DNA of 64,000 nucleotides from an uncultured Isosphaeraceae bacterium (GCA_964489535.1 CAZAZD010000005.1:895-64894), one strand, 5' to 3'. Numbered from the stretch's first letter, positions 18,657 through 29,066 are shown. Made by a program: numbers and translations. Notes: generated from the letters alone by a model not told the origin.

Positions 18657-21600
18657 CTAGTCAGACACACTTGCCTGAATCTTGCGAATATCGTCCTGAA
18701 GGGCAGATATTCTATTCCTAGAATATGGATCCTTAGCAAGTTCTTGTGCCATCCTTAGATGCCCAAGAGCCTCATCAAATTTGTCCTTGTTCATAACTAT
18801 CTGTGCTAAATGGATATACGCATCCATGGTCTCTTCATTCCGCAAAGATCGTTGAATTAAATCTTCTGCTTTATCGTTCCGTCCTGTCCGATAATAACTC
18901 CATCCTAAAGCATCTAGAACTTCGGGTGCTCTTGGGGACAAACTCCGTGCCCGCTCGGCAAAGACGATTCCTCGCTCTGGCTGATTAAGTTTATCCGCAT
19001 ATAAGATTGCTATTTTTGACATTGCAATTGCATTTGAAGGATCAATTTGCAAAAGATAGTCAAACATTTCAGCAGCCTTTTCATAATCGCCAGTTCGGTC
19101 ATACAAAACAGCAACCGTGTCAATTATCGAAGGCTCCCTCGGTGCTTGTTTTGCTGCTTCTTTTGCTATTTGAAGACCCTCTTCTGGCTCGTCCATGTAA
19201 ACCCCCACAACGTAGGCATAATTATTCAGAACAAATGGTGAACTCTGCTCTTCTATTAGTTGCTTGAACACTGATTTACTTTCTTCTAATCTTCCTGCAT
19301 CTACCAAATAACCTCCCTGCATATTAAGTAATCTTGAACGAATAGAATCCGGTGTATTTGGATTGTTCACTGCCTCTGAGATTATTTCCAAAGACCTGTC
19401 AACATATGCATCACCAAATTGCTTGTAGTATTGAGCAAGACCAAATTTCTGCTCAACAGTCAACGTTCCACCAGCAAGATTGCGCGCCATCCGCTCTCCG
19501 TCTTCTGGGTTTTCTTGGAACAGTTCATGCAAATCAACAAACCACTCAGATGCGGATAGCGGCGGAATCCAGCCGTTTTCAATAGCTGAATGATATTCCT
19601 TCCATGCTCGCTCCATAGCCAACATCCCGTCTCTCCTACGACCTAGATTTAGTAACGCTTTTGCTTCTATTGTAATTGCAACTGGATGCAGTTTTGAAAA
19701 ATCACCTTTCGCCATAAGCAATAAGTCATTGTTTGGCAATTCTTGATCCGTCCTCGTCAATGCATTGATTTGGTGCAACACTCGGACTGACGGTTGATGT
19801 TCTAATGCGGAGATATACGCGATAATTGCATCGGACACATTGTCGTTTGCTCTAGCGTGAAGTGCTCCTAATCGTTGGTACCACATGCTATTTGCTGGGT
19901 CCAATTCAATCCCATCTTCAACCGTCGAGATAGCTCGGTCAACATTATCCATATCAAGATACGCTTCAACAAGCCGATTCCGAGCGTTATGTGCTTCAGG
20001 ATTGTTTGCAACATACATCGACAAGCTATCTGTACCTCGAAGTAACTGACCATTTGCTTGATAAACATCTGCACGAATCACCGCAAATTGCTCAGACTCT
20101 AAACCAATCTTTTCACCTGCGCTTATGATTTGCAATGCTTCTTCAAGGAGGTCTTTATTTTGTGTTAGACCATATTCATTGAGAAGACTATTGCAAAGAC
20201 GGAAATAGGGAACCTGATTTGATGGATCCAATTCGATTGCTCTCTGTAGTGCGTCTCTATAGTGAATCACCGAAGCCATACCGCCTTCAATATCGCCTTG
20301 CGCGAGAAGTTGTTCTGTTCTTACTCTATGAATCATTGCCCCCAACATCTCCGTCGCATACTGTGTGTTTGTTGTTGCGAGTTTACTAAGTGATGCTTCC
20401 GCTTTCTCAAATTGTCCCGAGAGAACCAACGCTTCAATCATTCGGGAATGCAATACACGGTCATTTGTTGCCTGAACAGATTTTTCAAACGCAGAAGCTG
20501 CCTCTTCATATTTTTGTTGAATAAAAAATACCGAACCTAGGGCACCATCTATTGCAAACTTCTCTCCTTGAACTCCTCGAGCGGATTCCAACAATAATTC
20601 CGCTTGTACAAACCGTTCACTATTCACTAAAAAGTCTGCCGCAGCAATCACAGCTATTTCATATTCTTCGGTGCCTTTCCTGCTCTCTATGAAGCGGTCC
20701 CATACTCTAGATGCTTCCGAGAGTTGTCCTTTGTCTCTGAGGGCAGATGTATGTAATACACAAGTACGTATATCTGGATCCACTCCGATTGAAAGTTCAT
20801 CAAGTATTTTCTGTGATGCAACACCCCAATCCGCTTTTGTTTTGAGAATTATTTTCGCTTTTGCATCGGTTGGCAGTTTCTGCCAAGATCGCACAGTGTA
20901 TACGGGCTTGCCGTCAGCATTGAATAAATACTTGAGTTCTGGCTTTGTATTGATATAAAATTTGGCTAACTTGAGTGCATTTTCTCGGTCATCTGGTTGT
21001 ACGAGGTACTGACGTTGCCGATAGACAAGAACATCTTGGGCTTTGCCATGCAACTCCTCTAGATCTAGCCAAACTGCAAGCAGTTGCTTATCATTTGGGT
21101 ACTGTTCCCTTGCGAGATGAACTACTCGCATCAAACGCTGATTGTCTTCCCCTATGGCTACCAAAGAGCCAATGTAACTTCGAATATTCGCCTTTGTTTT
21201 AGGAGCAATATGGTAAGCCCTTTCGAACGCCTGTAATGAGTCTCCTTGATTACCCATCGCTGAATAAACAACGCCTAGCATTCTCCATGCTTCATCAGAG
21301 AATGCAACATCATCAGTTGCATTTTTCGCAATTACTAGTGCTTTTTCAATATATGAAGAGTGAGCATCTAGGTTCCCATTTTGCTTTTCGATATCAGCTG
21401 TAAGCAGGTTCAAGTTAACTCGCATCCCAAGCACCCGCATTGCATCATCTGACGTTTCTTGAAATTGATTAACCAAATCATTGGCTCTTGCTATATCTTT
21501 ATCAATCATTGCTTGACTAAAATCAAGTGCGATAATTTGACTCAAGTCTCCCCCAAGTTCTTCTGCTACTGACTGATATTCTTTGCTTATCTCAAATGCT

Positions 21601-23774
21601 TTTTCAGAAAGTTCAAAAGCAGATTTCGCTTCTACTCGATTACCTGCTCTATCCCAGCGAGTTGAATCTGCACGAAGTTCATTACCTAAAGTAAAAAGAC
21701 TTACTGCAAGAGATGTCGCTTCTTCTGCTTCAGGCAAATCTCTAGACTTGATAATTGCAATTGTAGATTGCACTCTATCTTCGCTTTGGATTACAATTAA
21801 CTGGTTTCTTAATTGCTCAGAATCTGGATTTTGTTCTATCGCCCTTTTACGCCAAGCAATTGCTTCCGCTTTGTTATCATCAAGCATATAAGCGTTTGAC
21901 AAAGCAACCATCAGTCGCCAATCCTTTGAATTTGTTGTTTCAATTTCTGACAGCAACATCGAAATAGCCTCTTCGGATTCACCTGTCGCTGAAGCTTGTT
22001 CTGATGTTGCAATCAATGCCAAAACTGGATTTGAAAAGACTGATTCAGTGGATGTAGATTCATTCATTATTATTGCATCGAGGAGCTCGGCAACTTCTGG
22101 AGTCTCTCTTGCCTTTGGCGTAAGAGTGTTCAATGTTAGTTTCGCAGCATCAAAATCTGACATTTGAATTTCTAATCGCGCTTTCATCAAATAGTTCATC
22201 AAATTTGCTGGCTCTTTTTCCATCGCACTTCTTAGACGCTCAATTGCTAAACCAGTAGATCCTATTTCAGCAAGAGCAATTGCACTTTGGCGATAGCGCT
22301 GCGCCGAAGAGTCTTGATTTTTGCTAATAACTTCTTCAAGTAAAATTGAGGCATCTGCATATCTTTTCTCTGCAAGGGCAATCATTCCATTTGAGTAAAC
22401 AAGCATTTGATTTGCCGCATTGTTCGACACTAAATCAGCAAGAACTTCTCGGTATGATTTTGCTTCATCAATAAATGCATTTCGCTCCAAATCATCCTTG
22501 GCATTTATTGCTTGCGTTGCAAGTAGTTCAACGAGAAACTGCGCTGCAACTGGTCGTAAATAAAACTGCTCGATTGCTTCAAGAGAAACAGTTTGTTGCG
22601 GAGCATCAACAATCAGTTTTGCCACTGACTTTGCCTCATCATATTTATTAAGTTCGTCAAGAACATTTGCATACAAGTATTGACGGCCAAAATCTTTTGG
22701 GTTTTTCTCAAGGTGCGCCATTAACATTTGTTCAGCGGACTCAGCACCATCTTGAGTTGCCCTTGCAAGGAGCCCAACGACCTCCGCTGTTCTCATGCCA
22801 TGCAGTTCGGGATTGAATGCCTTTAATAGTTTTTTCTGAGCAGCCAGCAACTCGCCATCCAATACATCCAGCGCTTCCTGAGTAGCTGCTTGGGGATCTG
22901 CAATTTGCTTAAAAGATAACCTCGTTTTTTGTAATCCAAGTTCTCTAAAGTAAGTAACCAAAACATCAAAACTATCTCCAGCCACTTCAATAGCTTTTTT
23001 CATAGTTTCATCAGCAAACTGGCGATTTCTCCCAGCTTGCTTGGTTTGCCCCTCTTGGCTTATTCGATAATAAACAGCCATTCTACCGAACGCCAGCGCT
23101 GCCCATGCGGCTTCATTGTTTGGGTCTAGTTCAAGAACTTCTTCAATTGCATCTTCACCAGGAAAACGAATGTTCCCGACAATATCTAAGTCATCTGTCA
23201 TTGAAGCATTTTCAATTCTAAGCGACGACAATCCAACATACAGTAACAATTCATGGCGTCTTGGATTATCCGATGAGATACGATCATATCCATTCTCAGC
23301 AGCGGCTTTTAATCTTCGCCAATAGTTAACGCTACCTGTTATGTGCGCTGCTTTATACAACTCTTCGACGACTATGAGATGTGAGTCAATGTCTAGCGGA
23401 GCGTATCTTGATTTGTGTACAAGGGTGGAAAGATACCTATCATATAAAGCAGATGCTTCATCGGAAGTAACTGGAACAATCTTGCTTACCGAATCTTTTA
23501 CTTTAGCAACATATTCAAGGTTGTTTGGCTCTTTGCTAACCGCTCGACCATATTGTTTATACGCTTTCTTAAAATCACCAAGTGCATAAAACTCGTCTGC
23601 GGATTGAATATTTTTTTCTGCGCTTCTTAAATTAACATAAAGCAAACCACCTAGGACACCTGCAATTACAATGATAGACGTAATAACTATTGTTATCAGT
23701 TTCTTGTTTGCCTTTGCAGTTTTTCGCTTTCGTTTTACGCTTTTGTTTATATTCTTTCGTTTCTTCTTCGCCAT
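18657..23774 (-). CDS. Giant (1705 aa) membrane-anchored TPR-repeat protein (PrsT-like partner of the exosortase locus)
   Basis: Lys-rich N-terminus plus one TM helix, then TPR-like repeats throughout. It lies between the exosortase and Wzc-like genes. Confidence 0.8.
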   Translation of the reverse strand: MAKKKRKNINKSVKRKRKTAKANKKLITIVITSIIVIAGVLGGLLYVNLRSAEKNIQSADEFYALGDFKKAYKQYGRAVSKEPNNLEYVAKVKDSVSKIVPVTSDEASALYDRYLSTLVHKSRYAPLDIDSHLIVVEELYKAAHITGSVNYWRRLKAAAENGYDRISSDNPRRHELLLYVGLSSLRIENASMTDDLDIVGNIRFPGEDAIEEVLELDPNNEAAWAALAFGRMAVYYRISQEGQTKQAGRNRQFADETMKKAIEVAGDSFDVLVTYFRELGLQKTRLSFKQIADPQAATQEALDVLDGELLAAQKKLLKAFNPELHGMRTAEVVGLLARATQDGAESAEQMLMAHLEKNPKDFGRQYLYANVLDELNKYDEAKSVAKLIVDAPQQTVSLEAIEQFYLRPVAAQFLVELLATQAINAKDDLERNAFIDEAKSYREVLADLVSNNAANQMLVYSNGMIALAEKRYADASILLEEVISKNQDSSAQRYRQSAIALAEIGSTGLAIERLRSAMEKEPANLMNYLMKARLEIQMSDFDAAKLTLNTLTPKARETPEVAELLDAIIMNESTSTESVFSNPVLALIATSEQASATGESEEAISMLLSEIETTNSKDWRLMVALSNAYMLDDNKAEAIAWRKRAIEQNPDSEQLRNQLIVIQSEDRVQSTIAIIKSRDLPEAEEATSLAVSLFTLGNELRADSTRWDRAGNRVEAKSAFELSEKAFEISKEYQSVAEELGGDLSQIIALDFSQAMIDKDIARANDLVNQFQETSDDAMRVLGMRVNLNLLTADIEKQNGNLDAHSSYIEKALVIAKNATDDVAFSDEAWRMLGVVYSAMGNQGDSLQAFERAYHIAPKTKANIRSYIGSLVAIGEDNQRLMRVVHLAREQYPNDKQLLAVWLDLEELHGKAQDVLVYRQRQYLVQPDDRENALKLAKFYINTKPELKYLFNADGKPVYTVRSWQKLPTDAKAKIILKTKADWGVASQKILDELSIGVDPDIRTCVLHTSALRDKGQLSEASRVWDRFIESRKGTEEYEIAVIAAADFLVNSERFVQAELLLESARGVQGEKFAIDGALGSVFFIQQKYEEAASAFEKSVQATNDRVLHSRMIEALVLSGQFEKAEASLSKLATTNTQYATEMLGAMIHRVRTEQLLAQGDIEGGMASVIHYRDALQRAIELDPSNQVPYFRLCNSLLNEYGLTQNKDLLEEALQIISAGEKIGLESEQFAVIRADVYQANGQLLRGTDSLSMYVANNPEAHNARNRLVEAYLDMDNVDRAISTVEDGIELDPANSMWYQRLGALHARANDNVSDAIIAYISALEHQPSVRVLHQINALTRTDQELPNNDLLLMAKGDFSKLHPVAITIEAKALLNLGRRRDGMLAMERAWKEYHSAIENGWIPPLSASEWFVDLHELFQENPEDGERMARNLAGGTLTVEQKFGLAQYYKQFGDAYVDRSLEIISEAVNNPNTPDSIRSRLLNMQGGYLVDAGRLEESKSVFKQLIEEQSSPFVLNNYAYVVGVYMDEPEEGLQIAKEAAKQAPREPSIIDTVAVLYDRTGDYEKAAEMFDYLLQIDPSNAIAMSKIAILYADKLNQPERGIVFAERARSLSPRAPEVLDALGWSYYRTGRNDKAEDLIQRSLRNEETMDAYIHLAQIVMNKDKFDEALGHLRMAQELAKDPYSRNRISALQDDIRKIQASVSD

Positions 23775-23787
23775 TTATTCACGGCTC

Positions 23788-25563
23788 CTAGTTGTCGGTA
23801 TTGTTTTCGTTGAAGGTTTCTGTCACCTCTGCCCAATCGGGAAGGCACTTCATGATTTCTGGCAAAACATTTGATGTAAAGTCAGAAACAATTGCATTAA
23901 ACTGTTCTACATTAAACTGTCTACTGCCTTGCATTGTAAATTGAACTTTACAATAGTAGGCATATTTTGCAGATCTGTCGAAAGAGAGCAGTCGGATTTT
24001 TTCCGGATAAGCGGTTGTTTTGCCGTTTGCTACAAAGAAGTATCCTGCAAACACGTGGTCATCTGCCAGTTTAGGATGACTAAATTCGGTAACTCGCAAC
24101 TCGAACTCGCCAATTGGCAGTCTGATTATTTCATTCTTCCCAGTCTGTGTGTCTAATTGTTCCACAATTGGATATGGCAATCCATTGATGTCTGCTTCAG
24201 TGTCTTCGCCCCACAACGATGTATCTAAAGTCATTGGAACAATGATCGGCTCAGCAGTCAGCGGAACGAAGCCACCAGCAACCATACAACGGTCTGGGAC
24301 ATGAGGCACTGCATCAACTTGCCCAGTGTAATAGGCAACGTGCAGCTGTATCGGATGACGGGCTTGTAATTTATTTATGTACTCTCTTGTGATATATATA
24401 TCTGTTCCTAGCGCCTCCACGCCCGCAGCGTCAATACGAATATCCTTCCCGTTCCGCTTCCAATTTCCAATCGTGTTTGGTAATACAGCAAAATCTTCTC
24501 TTGGAAATACTGGCGCTTTCTTAAGATACACATTCAAAGCACTTACGCCCACCTGCAATCCCAAGGCAGAAGCAGAAAGTAGGACAATCGCAACAACAAA
24601 TCCGATTGTCGCAGAACCAGTAAACCGTATTGCAGAAAAAACTGGTTCGTCTTCTTCAAATTCATCCTCTTCTTCTATTACAAGATTTTTTAGAATCCAT
24701 ACTATTCCTAGGTAAATGAGAAAAGCGGGGATTAACCAGAGCGTTCCAACAAACGTATGGAAATCTCCCGCAGCAAACTCACTGTCTGCAATACTTAGCA
24801 GCCCAAGTGTCATTACTCGAAGAATGTTTACAAAAACCGCTGTAGGTAATGCCAATATAACGAGCGTGACGCGTTGCCAACTATACTTTAATCCTGTGAA
24901 CGCCATTGCAACACCCAATGCTAAAAATGCCATGAGCATTCGCATCCCAGAGCATGCCTCTGCAATATTTAATGGATAAGACCCCTCTTTGTACAGTATC
25001 TCGATAGTGTTGCCAGCTCGCGTAACATCAAGACCTAGAAATGATAAACCGTAGTACGAACCAACTGATGCAATGTCTTGTAATTTGAACGTCACAATTT
25101 CCATAAACCGATCAGAAATTGTTTGGCCAAAAACAAACAAATACAACAAAGGAAACCAGAGGTACAACATTGCGCGCCAACCAAACAAGAATAAACACAT
25201 TCCAAAGATTGTTAACGCTACTCCCAAACCCATCAGGTTATGATGATGCATTGCGGTTGGTCCAAGTGCACAAAGCGTGTACCAGCCCAACCCTAAAAAA
25301 AGCAAGAAGAGCCCCGTCCAAGCTCTTTTAAATGGCTTGCTTAATAATTGTCCCCTGTACAACCAAACAAAGTATCCAGAGATAAATGGGATAACCAGTG
25401 TATGCCCCCAGTCCGCCTGTTGCTGAACAGCAAACAAAAACTGCCGCTGAAGAAAATCCCAAAATATCCAACTAACTGCAATAAGTATCGCCACAGACCA
25501 AAGCGCAAATTTCTGTGGCGTTATCTCATGAATAGAATATCGTTCGGTACTTGTTGTCATCAC
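23788..25563 (-). CDS. Exosortase fused to a C-terminal EpsI-family domain
   Basis: Polytopic N-terminal half with AEACSGMRMLMAF (catalytic Cys), NILRV (Arg) and GDFHTFVG (His). A soluble EpsI-like C-terminal half of about 250 aa follows a final TM helix. Confidence 0.85.
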   Translation of the reverse strand: MMTTSTERYSIHEITPQKFALWSVAILIAVSWIFWDFLQRQFLFAVQQQADWGHTLVIPFISGYFVWLYRGQLLSKPFKRAWTGLFLLFLGLGWYTLCALGPTAMHHHNLMGLGVALTIFGMCLFLFGWRAMLYLWFPLLYLFVFGQTISDRFMEIVTFKLQDIASVGSYYGLSFLGLDVTRAGNTIEILYKEGSYPLNIAEACSGMRMLMAFLALGVAMAFTGLKYSWQRVTLVILALPTAVFVNILRVMTLGLLSIADSEFAAGDFHTFVGTLWLIPAFLIYLGIVWILKNLVIEEEDEFEEDEPVFSAIRFTGSATIGFVVAIVLLSASALGLQVGVSALNVYLKKAPVFPREDFAVLPNTIGNWKRNGKDIRIDAAGVEALGTDIYITREYINKLQARHPIQLHVAYYTGQVDAVPHVPDRCMVAGGFVPLTAEPIIVPMTLDTSLWGEDTEADINGLPYPIVEQLDTQTGKNEIIRLPIGEFELRVTEFSHPKLADDHVFAGYFFVANGKTTAYPEKIRLLSFDRSAKYAYYCKVQFTMQGSRQFNVEQFNAIVSDFTSNVLPEIMKCLPDWAEVTETFNENNTDN

Positions 25564-25673
25564 TCACTCTCAAGAAGAATCAGGGCTTTAATATGCACCC
25601 TAAATCAACTCCAAAAGTACGAAATCAGCCCATCCTATGTTCAACAAAGATGCAGTTTCTAGCAAAGGTTGCA

Positions 25674-27386
25674 TTACGGAGGTCTTCCGAATACATCGTT
25701 GCCGAAGTTTCGATCAAGTAGAAATCCAAACCCGTACGTTGCTCTAAATCCGTTTCGGATAATTGCCATTGGAGTTGCCCCCCAGTTTGTTCCAATGCTG
25801 ATGTGATCGTTTGGTTTAAGAAAGATGTCTGGCTCGGTTCGCTGGACAATTGCTGCATAATTAAGCGTCACGGTTGCTTGCGTATTATCACTTAAGCGCC
25901 GAGTCAAACTCACTTTTTCTGGCACTGCAATAGGTCCTAAGTCGCCAGCCGAAGTAATGAACTCAGACAGAGTAATTTTACTTCCAGACTGTGGATAATT
26001 AAACACTCCCGGTCTCCCAATCTCACCGCGAATATATAAATTACCTAGAGGTGCGCCCTTAACATAGATTCGATCTTCGGGATGAATCACTATGTTGTAG
26101 GAACTATCACCCTCCTTCAGTGGTTCCCATGGTATTTCGATAATGCGTTCAAGCATTTTTGATTTGTTTTTCTTAGACTCTTGCTGTTTATTTTTTGCTG
26201 TCACCTTCTTGGAAGAATCCGAGCTTACGGCAATCCAAGTGTCGCTTTCAGGGACATAAATGTACGCAGAGTCTGTTGTCTTGGTAGGTGCTTTTGAAGT
26301 CAAACTGTCAACATCAACTGGAACACTTCCAATATGAGAAGGTGCTGACGTTCGAGGTTGCACCACATCGTCAATGTCAACTATTTCCTGCTTACCTGTT
26401 TGAATAATCCCAGGCGAAACAGAGTGTTCAGGAACACTCTCACTGTCCCCAATATCTAATTGGTTGATGAGTTCGTTTATTTCTGGTGACGTTTTTTCTT
26501 GGGTGGACTTTGGCTCAGCACTGGGTTGCGTGTCTACTTTTGTGCCAACGTCTAATTGGTTAATTAAATCTTCAATGTTTGTTGTAGGTACAGAAGTATT
26601 TGTTTTATCTATTTTTTGTGTTGGCTTAGAATTTAGTTTGCTTTCTTTTTTCCCTTCATCTCGATCCCAACTTGGTAACACAGATTCACTTAATGGAAGT
26701 TCCCGAATAACATAAATAAATTGTGTTGATTGGGGCACTCCTCCTGCAAGGGCAAGAACATCCACCAAACGAAGGTCGGGATTTCGTAAAGTAAATTTCC
26801 CCCATCTTGCAAGTTCACCGTACACCGTATATGTGAAACCAGTGTGATCCATCACTTCCAGTTGTACACTGGGATGAGTCATGACTTTCTTGCCAAGTTC
26901 ACTTGAAATGATGTCTTGTGCAGCTTGCGCGGTCAACCCCGCAATTAATACATCTCCAACTTCGGGAACTCTTAGATATCCTCCCTCATCAACTCGCCTT
27001 GTTACTGGATATTGCTGATTCGTTGCATAAAGACCATAAATTTGTAAAACAATCGTATCCCCTGGATGGACTCTATACGTTAAATCGGAAGGCATTAAAT
27101 CTGCACTTGTTACTTTAGAATATTTTGGCAACGATACGGCATCTTCAATAATATCAATTCGATCAAGAATAGGAATTGTGGTCGGAGTTGGTTTGTAATA
27201 ACCCTGGGCATCAGGATCACCCATCCATGAGTTTGCATTACAGCCAGCCAAACCGATGCCGACTGCTAGCAGTAAGAGATTTCGACGGATATTCAGAGTG
27301 AGTAATCCTAAAGATGTGTTCTTCCAGTTAATCAAGGGTAGCCCTTCGCAAGTCAATAATCCAACATACAGCCCCCACACTATCAA
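25674..27386 (-). CDS. Polysaccharide export protein (Wza-like, Poly_export plus SLBB domains) with a long low-complexity insert
   Basis: Lipobox GLAGCN, YRVHPGDTIVLQIYG (Poly_export-like), and SLBB-like segments (VYGELARWGKFTL, YIRGEIGRPGVFNY). Confidence 0.8.
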   Translation of the reverse strand: MIVWGLYVGLLTCEGLPLINWKNTSLGLLTLNIRRNLLLLAVGIGLAGCNANSWMGDPDAQGYYKPTPTTIPILDRIDIIEDAVSLPKYSKVTSADLMPSDLTYRVHPGDTIVLQIYGLYATNQQYPVTRRVDEGGYLRVPEVGDVLIAGLTAQAAQDIISSELGKKVMTHPSVQLEVMDHTGFTYTVYGELARWGKFTLRNPDLRLVDVLALAGGVPQSTQFIYVIRELPLSESVLPSWDRDEGKKESKLNSKPTQKIDKTNTSVPTTNIEDLINQLDVGTKVDTQPSAEPKSTQEKTSPEINELINQLDIGDSESVPEHSVSPGIIQTGKQEIVDIDDVVQPRTSAPSHIGSVPVDVDSLTSKAPTKTTDSAYIYVPESDTWIAVSSDSSKKVTAKNKQQESKKNKSKMLERIIEIPWEPLKEGDSSYNIVIHPEDRIYVKGAPLGNLYIRGEIGRPGVFNYPQSGSKITLSEFITSAGDLGPIAVPEKVSLTRRLSDNTQATVTLNYAAIVQRTEPDIFLKPNDHISIGTNWGATPMAIIRNGFRATYGFGFLLDRNFGNDVFGRPP

Positions 27387-27473
27387 TATGCGGGATGGTA
27401 TCGGACTTCATCGACCAATGACGTGTACGTTGATGAGCGATTATCACGCTCTGTTTGATAGAATATACGTCTC

Positions 27474-28472
27474 GTGACAAATCCTTCTCCTACTTCTAGA
27501 CATCCAAAACCACTCGGCGGTGATACGGCTCGCAAAACAAGAAGTTCGGTGACTATTGATTTAAGTGGGCAAGTGCTCAACAACGAAGATAGTTCACAAG
27601 TATTGTTGATGCAAAAAAAACCATCTTGGATTCGTGCAAAAATTCCAAGCGGTGATGCGTACATCGCTATGCGGGAAAATATGAAAAAACACGGGCTAAA
27701 CACGGTTTGCCAAGAGGCATCCTGTCCAAATATTGGGGATTGTTGGACAAGAGGCACCGCCACAATCATGATTCTTGGTGATATTTGCACGCGTTCTTGC
27801 GGGTTCTGCAACGTTCGAACTGGAAAACCAAAACCACCAGATTTCGACGAACCACGAAATGTTGGCAAGTCAGTTGCTCTCATGAAGTTACGGCACATTG
27901 TTATCACTTGTGTTGACCGTGATGATTTGCCCGATGGGGGTGCTCAACTCTGGGCAGAGACTGTAGAGCAAGTACATAAATCTGCACCAAACACGTCAGT
28001 TGAGGCCCTTATTGGAGACCTGCGGGGAGATGCAGACGATTTGGCAACCATTATTGCTTCGCAACCCGAAATCCTCTCTCATAACCTTGAAACTGTACCG
28101 CGTATGCATGGTGCAGTTCGACCACAGGCAACCTACGGGCGCTCCATGCAGGTGTTAGAACGTATTTCAGATGCTGGACTTGTCTGTAAAACAGGCATTA
28201 TGGTTGGAATTGGTGAAACGGATGATGAGGTTTTCACGATGCTTGCGGATATTCGGGCAAAAACCGGTACAGAAATCATCACTATTGGTCAATATCTACA
28301 GCCAAGCCGCAACCATTTGCCTATCGATAGATGGGTTCACCCTGAGCAATTTAAAATGTATGCGAAAAAGGGGCTTGAACTGGGGTTCAGAGTCGTTGAG
28401 TCGGGGCCACTCGTTCGGAGTTCATTCCATGCCGAGGAACAGGTGCAATCATACCAAGCAAATAAATCGTAA
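27474..28472 (+). CDS. lipA: Lipoyl synthase
   Basis: CQEASCPNIGDCW and CTRSCGFCNV (auxiliary and radical-SAM clusters). An alternative ATG start lies at 27609 (MQKKPSWIRAKIP). Confidence 0.95.
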   Translation: MTNPSPTSRHPKPLGGDTARKTRSSVTIDLSGQVLNNEDSSQVLLMQKKPSWIRAKIPSGDAYIAMRENMKKHGLNTVCQEASCPNIGDCWTRGTATIMILGDICTRSCGFCNVRTGKPKPPDFDEPRNVGKSVALMKLRHIVITCVDRDDLPDGGAQLWAETVEQVHKSAPNTSVEALIGDLRGDADDLATIIASQPEILSHNLETVPRMHGAVRPQATYGRSMQVLERISDAGLVCKTGIMVGIGETDDEVFTMLADIRAKTGTEIITIGQYLQPSRNHLPIDRWVHPEQFKMYAKKGLELGFRVVESGPLVRSSFHAEEQVQSYQANKS

Positions 28473-28526
28473 CTATTTCTTTTCAAGCATGTTAAGTCGC
28501 TTTGAGAAGATGCCGATTTCTGCTGT

Positions 28527-28850
28527 ATGATTCATGACCAAAGCATCAAATCGGATACTTCTTCAACAGACCAAAACCGCCGTGATCGCTCTAGGACAGC
28601 GTATCAAGGCGAAGCAGTTCTTCGGTGGAGCCACGATTTTGATACCCCTATTCGGTATCAAGTCGTCGATCGCAGTGAGGGCGGCATGCGAATTATCTCA
28701 CAATTCCCTCTTTCTGAGGGTATGACGGGCGTAATTACTCGATATTTACCCGAAGGCGAGGCAGTCCATCAACCAATGATGGTCGCATGGTCAAGTTCCA
28801 CACCCAACGATGACGGCTACCATTGCGGCATCTGGTTCTTCGGCTCTTAA
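28527..28850 (+). CDS. Small stand-alone PilZ-domain protein (candidate c-di-GMP receptor)
   Basis: RRDRSR (RxxxR) followed by DRSEGG (DxSxxG) at the expected spacing. Confidence 0.6.
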   Translation: MIHDQSIKSDTSSTDQNRRDRSRTAYQGEAVLRWSHDFDTPIRYQVVDRSEGGMRIISQFPLSEGMTGVITRYLPEGEAVHQPMMVAWSSSTPNDDGYHCGIWFFGS

Positions 28851-29008
28851 CTGGGACTGTCCCCTATAGCTGAAAACATCCCAAGTTCGAAATGCGAATA
28901 TCACGAAAAAGCATAAGTTGGCATTGTGCACTGTGAAGGGAATGTCACCCCTGCTTCTTTGGAGCTATCCCAAATCGGTACATTCTGCATTATTGGGCTA
29001 AAAACGCC

Positions 29009-29037
29009 GCGAGCCCACGCTTTTGGCGTGGGCTCGC
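29009..29037 (-). terminator. GC-rich hairpin with a U-run on the minus strand (intrinsic terminator-like)
   Basis: GCGAGCCCACGC-ttttg-GCGTGGGCTCGC. On the minus strand the stem is followed by GGCGTTTTTAG. Confidence 0.4.
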
Positions 29038-29066
29038 AGAGGAGAGAAGGAAGAAAGAGAGAGGAG
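29038..29066. other. 29-nt uninterrupted polypurine/polypyrimidine tract
   Basis: agaggagagaaggaagaaagagagaggag directly abuts the hairpin at 29009-29037. Confidence 0.9.

Noticed and set aside
27383-27907. 174-aa minus-strand ORF overlapping the 5-prime half of lipA
   Set aside because: It is antisense to a lipoyl synthase gene with unmistakable motifs. Its translation is Cys/Phe/Arg-rich with no recognisable domain, so it is a shadow ORF.
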